This document shows, piece after piece, positions 39,841-54,505 of a stretch of 64,000 bases of DNA. The position numbers were made by a program, and so were the translations under genes. Under the pieces are notes generated by a model. It was not told where the DNA came from and ran no database searches. It was given only the letters and a program-made list of their open reading frames with translations. This DNA is from Octopus sinensis (Eukaryota). The DNA is taken from contig NC_043020.1 of assembly GCF_006345805.1 (NCBI RefSeq), positions 6,882,001 to 6,946,000 of the forward strand, written 5' to 3'. Within the stretch, counting starts at the first letter, position 1; each line of letters begins with the position of its first letter.

Positions 39841-40207
39841 GAGCCTCCGGGGCATTTGAAGAAATCAGTTCTCCTCCATATCTGAAGAATTTATGTCTCT
39901 GGTACATCTCCCACATACAAACGCTATGTTCTCTGTTAACCTTCCTACATGCATGTATATATATATATATGTATAAATATATATATATATATGCTCAAAT
40001 GCACATGTCCACACACAGACATACACACATATAATATGCTCACATAACACACACACACACTCCACTACTTTCTTTTACAGGAGTTTCTAATCAAAGGAAA
40101 TATTCTCTTAACACTAAAAGAGTTCACTTTCCTTAATAGCTTCCTGTCAACCACCAGAGGGCAGCTCAGTCATTATTTAATCTGCAACCCCACTATAAAG
40201 CAAAGAT

Positions 40208-40238
<31 letters not shown>

Positions 40239-40396
40239 ATATAAATATGTGTGTGCTATATTTATGTCGATATATATTTATATTCAAAGAGATTCATGTG
40301 TGTATAAACGTATATACACTTAACATATATATACATACATTTACACACAAACACAAATTTACGTAAATATATATGCACACACACAAACCTATATAA

Positions 40397-40467
<71 letters not shown>

Positions 40468-40854
40468 CATACTTAAGTCAAAATATATTTACACAGTAAT
40501 GTGCCTCATAGCTGTAAATAAGTGCCACACCTCATGCATGTGTGTGTATGTATATCTCCATCATACACACACAGATTTATATTTATATACATGTATATAC
40601 TCAATTACACACAGACACACACACACACACGGATGCACATTATGTTTCATCTTTTACTTGTTTCGGTCATTAGACTGTGGCCATGCTGGGGCACCACCTC
40701 GAGGAATTTTAATCAATCTAATCAACTGCAAAGTTTATTTTAAAGTACCTGGTACTTATTCTATCAGTCACATTTTACCAAACCACTAAGTCACAAGGAT
40801 ATAAACACATAAACACCAGTTATTAAGCGATGGTGGAGGACAAACACGTATACA

Positions 40855-40889
<35 letters not shown>

Positions 40890-41507
40890 GCCTGGCCCCC
40901 ATGCCGGTGGCACGTAAAAAGCACCATCCGACCGTGGCCGTTTGCCAGCCCCATCTGGCACATAAAAAGCATCCACTACACTCACGGAGTGGTTGGCGTT
41001 AGGAAGGGCATCCAGCCGTAGAAACATTGCCAGATCAGACTGGAGCCTGGTGCAGCCTCCTGGCTTCCCAGACCCCAGTCGAACCATCGAACCCATGCTA
41101 GCATGGAAACCGGACACTAAATGATGATGATGATGATGATGATGAACAAGCTTCTTTCAGTTTCCATTTACCAAATCCACTCACTAGACTTAGGTTAGCC
41201 CTAGGTTATAGTAGAAAAAACTTGCTCAAGATGTCACATAGTGGGACTGAACCTGGAACCATGTGGTTGGGAAGCAAGCTTGTTACCACACGGCCACACC
41301 TGCACCTAAATATGCATACATACATACATACATGGGCACAGGAGTGGCTGTGTGGTAAGAAGCATACTTCCCAACCACATGGTTCTGGGTTCAGTCCCAC
41401 TGCATGGCACCTTGGGAAAATGTCTTCAACTATAGCCTCAGGCTGACCAAAGCCTTGTGAGTGGATTTGGTAGACGGAAACTGAAAGAAGCCTGTTGTGT
41501 ATGTATG

Positions 41508-41552
<45 letters not shown>

Positions 41553-42838
41553 TTGTATGTGTGTGTGTCTGTGTGATTGTCCCCACCATCACTTGACAAC
41601 CAATGTTGGTGAGTTTACGTCCCTGTAACTTAGTGGCTTGGCAAAAGAGACTGAGAGAATAAGTACTAGGCTTACAAGGAATAAGTCCTGGGGTCGATTT
41701 GTTTGACTAAAGTCGGTGCTCCAGCATGGCTGTTGTCAAATGTCTGAAGTAAATGAAATATATATACATTATGTGGCTGTGTGGTAAGTAGCTTGCTAAC
41801 CAACCACATGGTTCCGGGTTCAGTCCCACAGCGTGGCATCTTGGGCAAGTGTCTTCTGCTATAGCCCCGGATCGACCAATGCCTTGTGAGTGGATTTGGT
41901 AGACGGAAACTGAAAAAAGCCTGTCATATATATATATATATATATATATAAGTGTGTGTGTATATGTTTGTGTGTCTGTGTTTGTCCCCCTAGCATTGCT
42001 TGACAACCGATGCTAGTGTGTTTACGTCCCCGTCACTTAGCGGTTCGGCAAAAGAGACTGATAGAATAAGTACTGGGCTTACAAAGAATAAGTCCCGGGG
42101 TTGATTTGCTCGACTAAAAGGCGGTGCTCCAGCATGGCTGCAGTCAAATGACTGAAACAAGTAAAAGAGTATATATATGCAGAGAGAGAGAGAGAGAGAG
42201 AGACCCTGTACTGCTGTTTACTTCACAATCACAAAACCTAGGGTTCAGTCCCACACCATGGCATCCGGGGCAAGTTTCTTTCATTATAACCTTGGGTTAA
42301 TCCAGGTTTTGTGATCAAAATTCTATCCCTGGAAACTGTGTGGAAGCCCGTTTAATTGACTGTACCAGTAATTTAAAGTTCACACTCAACCAATGTGAGA
42401 GTCATGTTAAGGGTAGATGTGTCTGTGAGATACTCAGCCACTTACTAATTCGAGGAGCCTGGCTGTTTATTTGAAAGAACTGAACAAACGTCATTGGAAA
42501 TTCTGACCTATATCTGTATTATACATACATACAAAACATATATACACACATATATATAAATATACACACACACACACATATATATACATAAATACATATA
42601 TATATATATGTGTGTGGGTATATATATGTGTGTATATATGTATATACATATATGTATGTATATGTGTGTACATACATATATATATACATATATACATATA
42701 TGTATATATGTGTGTGTATATATATATATATATATGTATGTATATATGTGTGTGTATATATATATATATATATGTATATACATATATAAATATATGTATG
42801 TATGTGTGTGTGTATATATATATATATGTATAAATATA

Positions 42839-42872
<34 letters not shown>

Positions 42873-43750
42873 CAGATATATGTATGTATATGTATATAAA
42901 TATATATGTGTATGTATATATATATAGATATATGTATGTATATATATAAATATAAACGCATGTATCTATATAAATATATGAATACATATATTTATGTATA
43001 CACCCATGCATATGTATACACACCCACACACATACATTTACATATGCGTATATGTCACATGTACATGTATTTGACAGAATTTCCAAATAGAAGAAAAATT
43101 TTTCCAAGAATCTTTCATATTTAATTATTTGTGAAGGAAACGTGCCACTGCCATATCGACATGGACAGATCGGAAAAGCTTTCCAATCTAGGATTTAATA
43201 CAATAAAACCATGACGGATGTGGGTGGGCGATGAAAGGAGACAAGGAAAGAGAGAGAGAGAGAGAGAGAAATAGTGAGAGAGAGAAAAGCAGAAGTACAG
43301 TGGGAGGTCATATATATATATATATATATATACTCTTTTCTCTTTTACTCTTTTACTTGTTTCAGTCATTTGACTGCAGCCATACTAGAGCACCGCCTTT
43401 AGTCGAGTAACTCGACCCCGGGACTTATTCTTGTAAAGCCAGTACTTATTCTATCGGTCTTTTTTGCGAATGCTAAGTGACGGGGACGTAAACACACCAG
43501 CATGGTTGTCAAGCAATGTACGGGGGACAAACACAGACACACAAACAAACACACACACCCCACACACACATATATATATAATATATATATATACGACAGG
43601 CTTCTTTCAGTTTCTGTCTACCAAATCCACTCACAAGGCTTTGGTCAGCCCGAGGCTATAGCAGAAGACACTTGCCCAAGGTGCCACGCAGTGGGACTGA
43701 ACCCGGAACCATGTGGTAGGTTAGCAAGCTACTTACCACACAGTCACTCC

Positions 43751-43782
<32 letters not shown>

Positions 43783-44217
43783 TATTTCAATTTATTTTAC
43801 TTGTTTCGGTCGTTTGACAGCGGGGCCATGCTGGAGCACCACCTTTTAGACAAACAAATCAAACCCCAGGATATTCTTTGTAAGCCTAGTATGTATTTTA
43901 TCAGTCTCTTTTGCCAAACAGCTAGGTTATGGGGACATAAACACACCAACATCGGTTGTCAAGCGATGGTGGGGGCGACATATCCGGACACACAAATACA
44001 TACACTTACATGCATACATATGTATATATTATATGTATGATGGGCTTCTTTCAGTTTCCATCTACCAAAACCACTCACAAGCCTTTGGTTGGCTGCAGTT
44101 ATAACAGAAGACACTTGCCCAAGGTGCAACACAGTGGGACTGAACCCAGAACCATGTGGTTGGGAAGCAAAGTTCTTACCACACTTGTGCTGGCACCTAA
44201 ACATACATACATACATA

Positions 44218-44608
44218 GAAGTCCACCTCTTCCAAGACAACACCTCAGTTCACAATGCGCATGTTACCCAAATGAAAGCACGCTTCTGTGGCTATGGAAA
44301 CCCTTCCTCATCCCGCTTACTCCCCTGACCTCACACCATCTGACTGTCACCTCTTTCCAGCCATGAAGTCTTTTCTTGAAAGGGAAGCACTTTCCGGAGG
44401 ACGATAAACTTATTTCCGAGGTAAAGTCTTGGCTGCAGACGCAACCTACCGACTTCTACAGACGAGGTCTCCATAGCTGCACAAAGCAAAGGGAGAAGTG
44501 TGTCACCATTGGTGGTGGCCATGGAGAGAAGCACTAATAATTATGCCAAGTTTCATTTATCCCAGTTTGGGAAGTGGGTCAGGGTAAATCTTTAATGACC
44601 ACCCCTCA
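44218..44608 (+). mobile_element. Mariner 3' fragment (catalytic C-terminus and right TIR)
   Basis: FQDNTSVHNAH..LPHPAYSPDLTPSDCHLFPAMK..GKHF..FYRRGLHSCTKQREKCV; ends taatgaccacccctca followed by TA. Confidence 0.9.
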
Positions 44609-44617
44609 TATACATAC

Positions 44618-44662
<45 letters not shown>

Positions 44663-45651
44663 ATACACACCACACACCACACACACACAAGTGAGTGGAC
44701 AAACCAAAGAAGGGCACTCAACTAATTTATTGGGAGTTACATGTATGGATATATATATATATATATACATACACTCATATGTACATATGTATATCTATGG
44801 ATATACATATATACACATACATAGATATTTCACATATGCACACACATACATATATATGTATATATATATATATATATACACATAGATACATACCTCTACA
44901 CACTCACACACACACATATATATATATATATATTGTACATATAAATGAATAAAAAATACACTATGTCACATATATGCATGTTACATCACGCACTCATACA
45001 CACACGTGTATCTACACACACACAAAAATTACACAAAGAACATGAGTGAGATTCTGAAGCAGAGAGGAAACAAACAAAATATACATTGAGTCAAACAAGT
45101 GAAAACAAAATGATTGAAAAAGCAGAAAAATATAAAGCAAAAATACAACATCCAAAGAAGTGTACAATAAAGAAAAATTCACCGAAAGAAGAAACGGAAT
45201 TCAATGTTTTGGGTGATACAGATACATACATGTATGTGTATGTATATATCTGCATAAATATATTTGTCTGTAACATACATACACACACACACACACATAT
45301 ATATACACATACACACACACATGTAAACATGTATGTATACACATGTCTATACATATACACACTTATATAGTATATATGTATGCATATATACAACACTTTT
45401 ATATAAATATAAGCATACATATACACGCACATACGTAAACATATATGTATAAACATGTATATACATATACACACACATAGTATATAAGATATATTATAGA
45501 TATATATATATATATATACATATATATGCATATATCACACTTTTATATAAATATATCATAGATACATACACACCCACATACCTACACTTATATATATATC
45601 ATATACTACACTTTTATATAAATATAAGCATACATATAACACACATAGATA

Positions 45652-45684
<33 letters not shown>

Positions 45685-45685
45685 G

Positions 45686-45720
<35 letters not shown>

Positions 45721-46139
45721 TTATATAAGCATAGATACCACACTTTTATATAAATATATACATACATATATACACACACCTACATTATATATATGCATAT
45801 ATACCACACTTTTATATAAATATACACACATACACACATCTCTCACACACACGTCCAGTCATCTCCAGTCCACTCCAGCGAATGCAACTTAGAAAATCAG
45901 CTAAATTGACTGAGAGGCGAACAGATTGGTCAGTGGCCAAAGTAATGGCCAGTTATTATGTTATGGACATTCTTAAAGACTGGAGTGGACAACCAGTGTT
46001 ATGGAACTGATTCCAGTTATAGAAACTTTCAGCTTGGAACTATTCTCAAAGAGCAAAAGAAATTACAGAGAATTACCAAAAATATGTTGAGATATTGAAG
46101 TAGAAGATTTGTGGAAATGTGAGGAAAATGGGTGTATAT

Positions 46140-47982
46140 GGACACGAGCATATATATATACACACACACACACACATGTATGTGTGTGTTTATACATATG
46201 TGTGTATATATATATACACACACATATATACATACATACACACACACGTGTATATGCGTGTGTTCATATATATACACACACTCATATATACATATATATA
46301 TACACACATATACATATATATATACAAATACATACATATATATATATATACACACATACATACATATATACAAATACATACATATATATATATATACACA
46401 CATACATACATATATACAAATACATACATATATATATATATATACACACATACATACATATATATATATACACACATACATACATATATACAAATACATA
46501 CATATATATATATACACACATATATATATATATATATACACACACATACATATATACATACATATAAACACATATATATATATACATACATATACACACA
46601 TACATATATATACGTATGTACATATACACACATACATATATATACGTATGTACATATACACACATACATATATATACGTATGTACATATACACACATACA
46701 TATATATACGTATGTACATATACACACATACATATATATACATATATACACATACATATATATACATATATACACATACATATATATACATATATACACA
46801 CATACATATATACATATATACACATACATATATATACATATATACACATACATATATATACATATATACACACATACATATATATACATATATACACACA
46901 TACATATATATACATATATACACACATACATATATACATATATACACACATACATATATATACATATATACACACATACATATATATATATATACACACA
47001 CATATATATACATATATACACACATACATATATATACGTATGTACATATACACACATATACATACATATATATACATATATATATACACACATATACATA
47101 TATATATACAAATACACATACATATATATATATAACACATACATACATATATACAAATACATACATATATATATATACACACATACATACATATATACAA
47201 ATACATACATATATATATATATATACACACATAATATATATATATATATATACACACATACTACATATATACAAATACATACATATATATATATACACAA
47301 CATATATATATATAATACACACACATACATATATATACATATACACACATATATATATATACATACATATACACACATACATATATATACGTATGTACAT
47401 ATACACACATACATATATATACGTATGTACATATACACACATACATATATACGTATGTACATATACACACATACATATATATACGTATGTACATATACAC
47501 ACATACATATATATACATATATACACATACATATATATACATATATACACATACATATATATACATATATACACATACATATATATACATATATACACAT
47601 ACATATATATACATATATACACATACATATATATACATATATACACACATACATATATACACACATACATATATACACACATACATATATACACACATAC
47701 ATATATATACATATATACACACATACATATATACATATATACACACATACATATATATATACATATATACACACATACATGTATATATATATATACACAT
47801 ACACACATATACATACATATATATATATACATATACACACATATATACATATATATATATATACATATACACACATATATATATATACATATATATATAC
47901 ATATACACACATACATATATATATATATACATATACACACATACATATATATATATATACATATACACACATACATATATAT

Positions 47983-48025
<43 letters not shown>

Positions 48026-48090
48026 TATACACACACACACACATATATATATATACACATACATATACATATATATATGCATACACACAC
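46140..48090. repeat. ~1.95-kb TA/CA array with higher-order units
   Basis: catatacacacatacatatatatacgtatgta-type and tatatacaaatacatacat-type units recur in blocks. Confidence 0.95.
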
Positions 48091-48994
48091 AGCATTTAAG
48101 TCAGAAGTTAAAGGATGAGAATTATGATAATGTGTCAACATCATCTTTTTTGTGTGTGTGTGTGTGTGTGTGTGTGGGTATACTCACACTTATGTTAATA
48201 TTTGATTCTATGTTCAGTTAATATTAAAAAAACAATCTTACATGAATCTGATGGGTGACTCAATATTTTTCTAGAGTAGAAATTTATTATTATCAAGCAA
48301 GAATAGTGCCGACAGTGACTTCGAAGTTTATGAACTTTCTAGCCTTTCTTGGATATGGATGATGACTTAGCTGGCTGAAAAGTTCAAAGCCACAATCAAT
48401 ATATTGTTAAAGAATAAGGCAGTGAGCTGGCAGAACCATTAGCACACTGGGCAAAAGGCCTTGTAGCACTTTGCCCATCTTTATGTTCTGAGTTCAAATT
48501 CCACTGAGGTTGACTTTGCCTTTTTTCCTCTCAGGGTTGATAAAATAAGTACCAGCTGTGTATAGGAGTCAGTATAAGTGATTAACCCTTCCCCCCAAAT
48601 TGGTGTCCTGGTGCCAAAATTTGAGACCAATATCTTGTTAAAGAATAATACATAGGTGCAGGAGTGGCTGTGCGGTAAGAAGCTTGCTTCCCAACGACAA
48701 GCTTCTGGGTTCAGTCCCACTGCGTTACACTTTGGGCGAGTGTCTTCTACTACAGCCTCAAGCCAGCCAAAGTCTTGTGAGTGGATATGGGAGATGGAAA
48801 CTGAAAGAAGCCCATCATATATATGTATGTATAAAATCAAAATAAGCAACAGGACATCAACAAGTGATACAGTACAACCGTTTCAAGTGGCTCCATTTAA
48901 TTGAACAATGCAATCATTCCATCAATTTAAATGCAGGGCTATCATCAGCTGCACAAACACTTTGAGTTGTGCAGACAATACCAGACTTACTTGG

Positions 48995-49350
48995 TGCTTC
49001 AACTTTAGTACCTAATTCAACTGAATCTCAAAAGTCAGAAAACAGCACAGCTCCCATGACTTCAGGAAACATTTTTTCACGCTGAGAGTTACTGAAGCAT
49101 GGAACAAACTGCTGGCATCAGTTGTTAGTTGTTGGAGCACTGCATCCTTCAAAACTTCCATGCTTTCTGAGATTCGCCAACACTACACCTGATTTTCTCC
49201 CCTCCATACACACGCAAGCATGTATCTGACTCATACACTGTACGCGTTCCAGACATTTGTACATTACTGCATATGCTTTATATGCACTTTTGACAAGTTG
49301 TGGTGCACCTGAGCACTGTATACAATAATTTCATTATTATTATTATTATT
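48995..49350 (+). mobile_element. 3' end of a CR1-clade LINE with (ATT)n tail
   Basis: KVRKQHSSHDFRKHFFTLRVTEAWNKLLASVVSCWSTASFKTSM (R..FF..RV...WN.LP motif), then 3' UTR and attattatt. Confidence 0.85.
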
Positions 49351-50059
49351 ATTTAATATATATATATATATTCGATGACTGGCATCCGTGCTAGTGGAGC
49401 GCTAAAGAGTACCATCCGAGCATGATCGTTTCCAGAGCAACAAACTGGCTTCCATGCTGGTGGCACGTAAAAAGCACCATTCGAGTGTGATCATTACCTG
49501 CATCGCCTTACTGGCACTTGTGCTGGTGGCACGTAAAAAACATTCGAGTGAGGTCGTTGCCAGTGCTGCTGGACTGGCTCCTATGCAAGTGGCACATAAA
49601 AAGCACCATTTGAGCGTGGCCATTGCCAGTACTGCCTGACTGGCCCTCATGCCGGTGGCATGTAAAAGCACCCACTGCACTCTCAGAGTGGTTGGCACTA
49701 GGAAGGGCATCTAGCTGTAGAAACTCTGCCATATCAGATTGGAGCCTGGTGCAGCCTTCTGGCTCACCAGCCCTCGGTCAAATCGTCCAACCCATGCTAG
49801 CATGGAAAGCAGACGTTAAACGATGATGATATATATGTATTTGTGTGTCTGTGTCTGTCCCCCTATCGTCGCTTGACAACCGATGCTGGTATGTTTACAT
49901 CCATGTAATTTAGCGGTTCGGCAAAAAAGACCGCTAGAATAAGTACTAGGCTTACAAAGAATAAGTCCTGGGTTTGATTTGTTCGACTAAAGGCAGTACT
50001 CCAGCATGGCCACAGTCAAATGACTGAAACAAGTAAAAGAATAAAAAATACATATATAT

Positions 50060-50760
50060 TACACATACACACATGTATTTATTTTTCCAGTCAACATGCA
50101 CACACTGTGTCTAACTATCTGGTCAATATACACTGTGTGTATCTTTCCAGTCAATGTGTACACACTGTGTCTATCTATCTGGTCAACGTGTACACACAGT
50201 ATCTATCTTCCTGGTCAAAGTTTACACAAAGTATCTATCTTTCCAGTCAATGTGTACACACTGTGTCTATCTATCCATCCAACATCTTCACACTGCATCA
50301 ATCTATCTGATCAACATCTACACACCATATCTATCTTTCGAGTCAACATTTACACACAGTGTCTATCTGGTCAACGTGTACACACTGTCTGTCTGTCTGG
50401 TCAATGTGTACACACTGTGTCTATCTATCTGGTCAATGTGTACGCACTGTGTCTATCTATGTGGTTAACATGTACACAAAGTGTCTAATTATTATCTGGT
50501 CAACATCTACACACTGTATCTATCTTTCTGGTCAAAGTCTACACAAAGTATCTATCTTTCCATCCAACATCTTCACACTGCGTCAATCTATCTGATCAAC
50601 ATCTACACACCGTGTCTATCTGTCTGGTCAACGTGTACACACTGTGTCTATCTGTCTGGTCAACATGTACACAAAGTGTCTATCTACCCATCCAACGGGC
50701 ACACACTGTGTCTATCTATGCAGTCATTGCATACACAATGCCATATCCTTTCTAGTCAGC
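50060..50760. repeat. ~30-35-bp minisatellite (ctatctatctggtcaacgtgtacacactgtgt)
   Basis: About 20 degenerate tandem units. Confidence 0.9.
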
Positions 50761-51776
50761 ATCTCCACACACTGCAATCGCTGCATCACTTTGTATATTC
50801 TTCATCTAAATTCCATTATATTTACGAGGTGCGTATTTAGTTTAAATGTTGCAATTCTCCAGTATTTTTCTAATTCACTTCAAGCATTCAGCTTCTCTGC
50901 TTCATTTCCAAAAATTCAGTGGAATTCACTCCTCACTAAATCTAATTTTGTCTTGAAGACATTTCATCTCGGTTGCCAACGCCATCAGGAAATTTGGCAA
51001 CAACAGCCTCTACACACACATATACTCCATTCTGAGAGATTGTACTCTCGAAATGTTTTCATTATTTGCAAGTGAACAGAGAAAATGTCGGAGGGGGGTG
51101 AAAAAGAAGAAGGGTGGTGGGGAGGGAAGAATTCCAGAATGTGGTCTTTTATTCTTTCGCTTGTTTCAGTCATTGGACTACGGCCATACTGGAGCAGTGT
51201 CTTGAAGAGTTTTAATCAAACAAATTAAACCCAGTACATTTTTTCTTTATTTTAAAGCCTGATACATATTTTATTGGCTTATTTTGCTGAACTGCTAAGT
51301 TATGGGGAGAGGGGACCTAATTCTATGGTATCTTCTTGTTTATACAGCATGCCTTATGGGCACCGAAAAAGTTCTTCAAATACGGAAGGAACTGGCGCTT
51401 CACATTCTTTTTCAGTAACTTTGCCAGCATCATGAATGCCTTTATTTTAGAGTCTTTGTATTATCTAATATAAGAGACCCTTCAAGGGTCTTATTGGGTG
51501 CTATGAAAACTCTCTAATTGATAAAAAGATTCGAATAGAACAAAATTGAATTTGGGTATAGCTGCTATAATTCCATCTCTCCCCCCCTCCCCCACCCCAA
51601 TTTGGCTCCCTCATAACTTCCTTAATAGTGCATAGCATTTAATGAAATTTTTGCCAGGGTTGTAGTTGAGTGGTAAAAAGCTTGTTTCCCCACCACATGG
51701 TTCTTGCCACCTTCCACATGGTGTAATATAACACATTGGAATGTCAACCTATGATTACATTATTAACCATGTTTAA

Positions 51777-51991
51777 CCCTTTCGTTATCAACCTGGCTGA
51801 AACTGGCTCTGAGTACAAATGTCTTGTTTACAAAAGTTTTGAATTAAAATCTTCCACCAAACCTTAGTCACAATTTAGGTTCCTAACACTAGCTTAATGA
51901 TAAATAAATTATTTTACTAAATTCTTTGTTATATTTAAAATTAATTGAAAGAAACACAGAGTATCTCAACAGAAATATGGTAACGAAAGGG
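51777..51991 (+). mobile_element. piggyBac-like MITE with TTAA TSD
   Basis: TTAA-ccctttcgtta...taacgaaaggg-TTAA. Confidence 0.9.
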
Positions 51992-52119
51992 TTAATCTTT
52001 TTCACTCTGTGGAATTTCCACAGGTCCCATTAGTATTGATGCTGAAAATATGAAAGGTGAAGATGACCTCAGCAGTAATAAAATCATTCTTTCTTTCTTT
52101 CTTAAATAGCTTCTCTTAA

Positions 52120-52340
52120 CCCTTCCGTTACCAACCCTGCTGAAACCGGCTCTGGCTCTGTAGTACAAATGTCTTGTTTTCATAAGTTTTGAATTCAAAT
52201 CTTCCACCAAACTTTAGTCACAATTTATGTTCCTAACACTAGCTGAATGATGACCAAGTTATTTTACTAAATTCTTTGTTATATTTAAAGTAATTGAAAG
52301 AAACACAAAGCATCTCAAAATAAATACAGTAACGAAAGGG
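52120..52340 (+). mobile_element. piggyBac-like MITE, second copy
   Basis: TTAA-cccttccgttacc...gtaacgaaaggg-TTCA; highly similar to 51777-51991. Confidence 0.9.
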
Positions 52341-53204
52341 TTCAAAATTTGTCGTACATCTCTTAGAGCAAGCAGACCTTTCGATTTACTGCTTTTTTCA
52401 TAGGCATGGCTGTGTGATTAAGAAACTCGCTTTTTGCAATCAAGTGGCTTCAGGTTCAAACCCAATGCACCAGATCTTGGGCTTGTATCTTTTACTGCAG
52501 CCCTGGGATGGCCAATACTTTGTGGATCTGGTAGATGGAAACTGTGTGGAAACCTGTCATGTATATGAGTGTGAGTGTGTGTGCCTGTCCCCTTAGTCAT
52601 GGCTTGGTAATTCATGTTGCTTTGTTTACCTCCATGTAAAAATAGAGGTTCAGCAAAAGAGACTGATAAAATAAGAATCAGACTTAAATAAAAAACAAAT
52701 AAACAACAACCACATGGTTCCAGGTTCAGTCCCACTGCGTGGGACATTGGACAAGTGTCTTCTATAGCCTCTAGCCAACCAAAACCTTGTTGAGTGGATA
52801 TCACAGATGGAAACTGAAAGCCCGTCATATATATATCATATATATATATATAATATATATATATATTATATATATATATATATATATTTATGTGTATTTT
52901 TGTATCTGTGTTAATTCCCCCCCCCCATCACTACTTGACAACTGGTGTTGGTCTTTTACGTCCCCATAATTTAACAGTTCAGCAAAAGAGAATGATAGAA
53001 TAAGTACTATGCTAACAAAGAATAAGTCCTGGGGTCAATTTGTTTGACTAAAACTCCTCATGGTGTAGCTCCAGTATGGCCACAGTCAAATGACTGAAAC
53101 AAGATAAAAGATATACTCTCCCGTTTTTTGTTTCCTCCCCCCTGAAAACAACAGGGCTCCCGTGCTGAAAGAAGGGCTCATTCTTTTCCTATTATTCCAA
53201 CAAA

Positions 53205-53480
53205 GAAGTGCATGTGTGCGCACATCAGCCTGCCGCTTCCCACCCATGCACTGGTATGGACATGTCCTCCGTCCCCACATTAGATCCTTCTACCAGGGCT
53301 CTACTCTCATTTGACACAGCAGCTGCAGGCTGGAAGAGGCCTCGTGGTAGGACCCCACCCCACATCAGATGGCTGGATATGATGGGGAGGATCTCCAGAG
53401 ACTCGACGTCCCCTCCAGGGATATAGAGGGGATCGCACAGGCCCACCAGTGGTGAGCACTGGCGGACCTGGTCTGCTCAA
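53205..53480 (+). mobile_element. 3' end of an RTE-like LINE
   Basis: DPSTRALLSFDTAAAGWKRPRGRTPPHIRWLDMM matches the W.RPRGRP..RW.D C-terminal motif. Confidence 0.75.
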
Positions 53481-53500
53481 TGGAAGGTGTCCCTTCTGGG

Positions 53501-53659
53501 CAGGGCCAGCTCAAATTACTGACAACTCAGACGTCGCCCAGGGTGCCATGTGCTAGGGAGCACCAAGGAGGGCATGACAAAGAAATTTCCATGACCGTCA
53601 GCTTGTACACGCCGAAGTATATCTTGCCCGGGGCACCAGCAACCCTAGGGTCGGCCCTC
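53501..53659. mobile_element. hAT-type MITE
   Basis: TIR cagggccagctc / gggtcggccctc; degenerate 8-bp TSD cttctggg / ctcctgga. Confidence 0.65.
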
Positions 53660-54254
53660 CTCCTGGAACAAACTGGGAATGACCCCAGCCTTACCAAGCG
53701 AAGCATTTCTTTTTATCTTCTATACAAATTTTATTACATCAATGGAATTTGTAGTTATGATACCAGTGCCGGTGGGACGTAAGAGAACCATCCGAACGTG
53801 GCCGTAGCCAGCGCCGCATCGACTGGCCTCTGTGCCGGTGGCACGTAACAAACACCATCCGATCGTGGCTGTTGCCAGCCTCGCCTGGCCTCCGTGCCGG
53901 TGGCACGTAAAAAGCACCCACTACACTCACGGAGTGGTTGGCATTAGGAAGGGCATCCAGCTGTAGAAACTCTGCCAGATCAGATTGGAGCCTGGTGCAG
54001 CCTTCGGGCTTCCCAGACCCCACTTGAACCGTCTAACCCATGCTAGCATGGAAAGCGGACGTTAAACGATGATGATGATGATGATGATGACAAATTTTAT
54101 TACATACATAACACGTGTGTGTATTCTTTCCCTTCGCCATGATGGATATATTGTACAAAAGAAAGACAAACAAACAAAAAAAGGGGGAAAGAAAGAAAGA
54201 CATCAATGCAACACCAAGTGCCTCAATTGGTCGCACACCACAAGGTTCAACGGA

Positions 54255-54505
54255 ACCTCCTGAAACACGCCAACACGCGCGCGGCATTGCAACGGGCGAT
54301 GGCGAAGTTAAGGCGCTAGAACAGCCAAGTACCCCCACGGGCATCACCTGACGCACCGGGAGGCTGCCAACGATGAACAAGAATTTCGCGATTAGTGGCC
54401 CAGTCCCTCTAAACATCTCAAACGCCACAGGTTGAAAGAGATATTTCCCTGCAAGGTCGTGATACTTCAGGTGGGCTTGTTCTGTTCAGCTACGAAAGCA
54501 GTGAC
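54255..54505 (-). mobile_element. C-terminal RLE-domain fragment of a CRE-like non-LTR retrotransposon
   Basis: AEQNK..LKYHDLAGKYLFQPVAFEMFRGTGP..GDARGGTWLF*RLNFAIARCNAARVLACF, matching AE..K..KY..L...Y.F.PVA.E..G..GP and QR.S.AI.RGNAA.VL. Confidence 0.75.

Noticed and set aside
44331-44534. Minus-strand ORF resembling an RTE RT segment
   Set aside because: The plus strand gives a much better mariner match (YSPDL, D-containing motifs, right TIR plus TA).
45030-45230. Strong minus-strand acceptor near 45058 and a Lys-rich plus-strand ORF
   Set aside because: The acceptor leads into microsatellite with no good donor; the ORF reflects A-rich composition.
46029-48221. ORFs up to 688 aa (and similar ones at 26-616, 6913-8028, 14075-15366, 42491-43124, 61217-63625)
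   Set aside because: They lie in RY-alternating microsatellites, which cannot form stop codons; the peptides are low-complexity with no domain signal.
48330-48400. Box C/D snoRNA-like ATGATGA...CTGA
   Set aside because: Boxes are only ~10 nt apart, and the flanking inverted repeat resembles a mariner TIR remnant.
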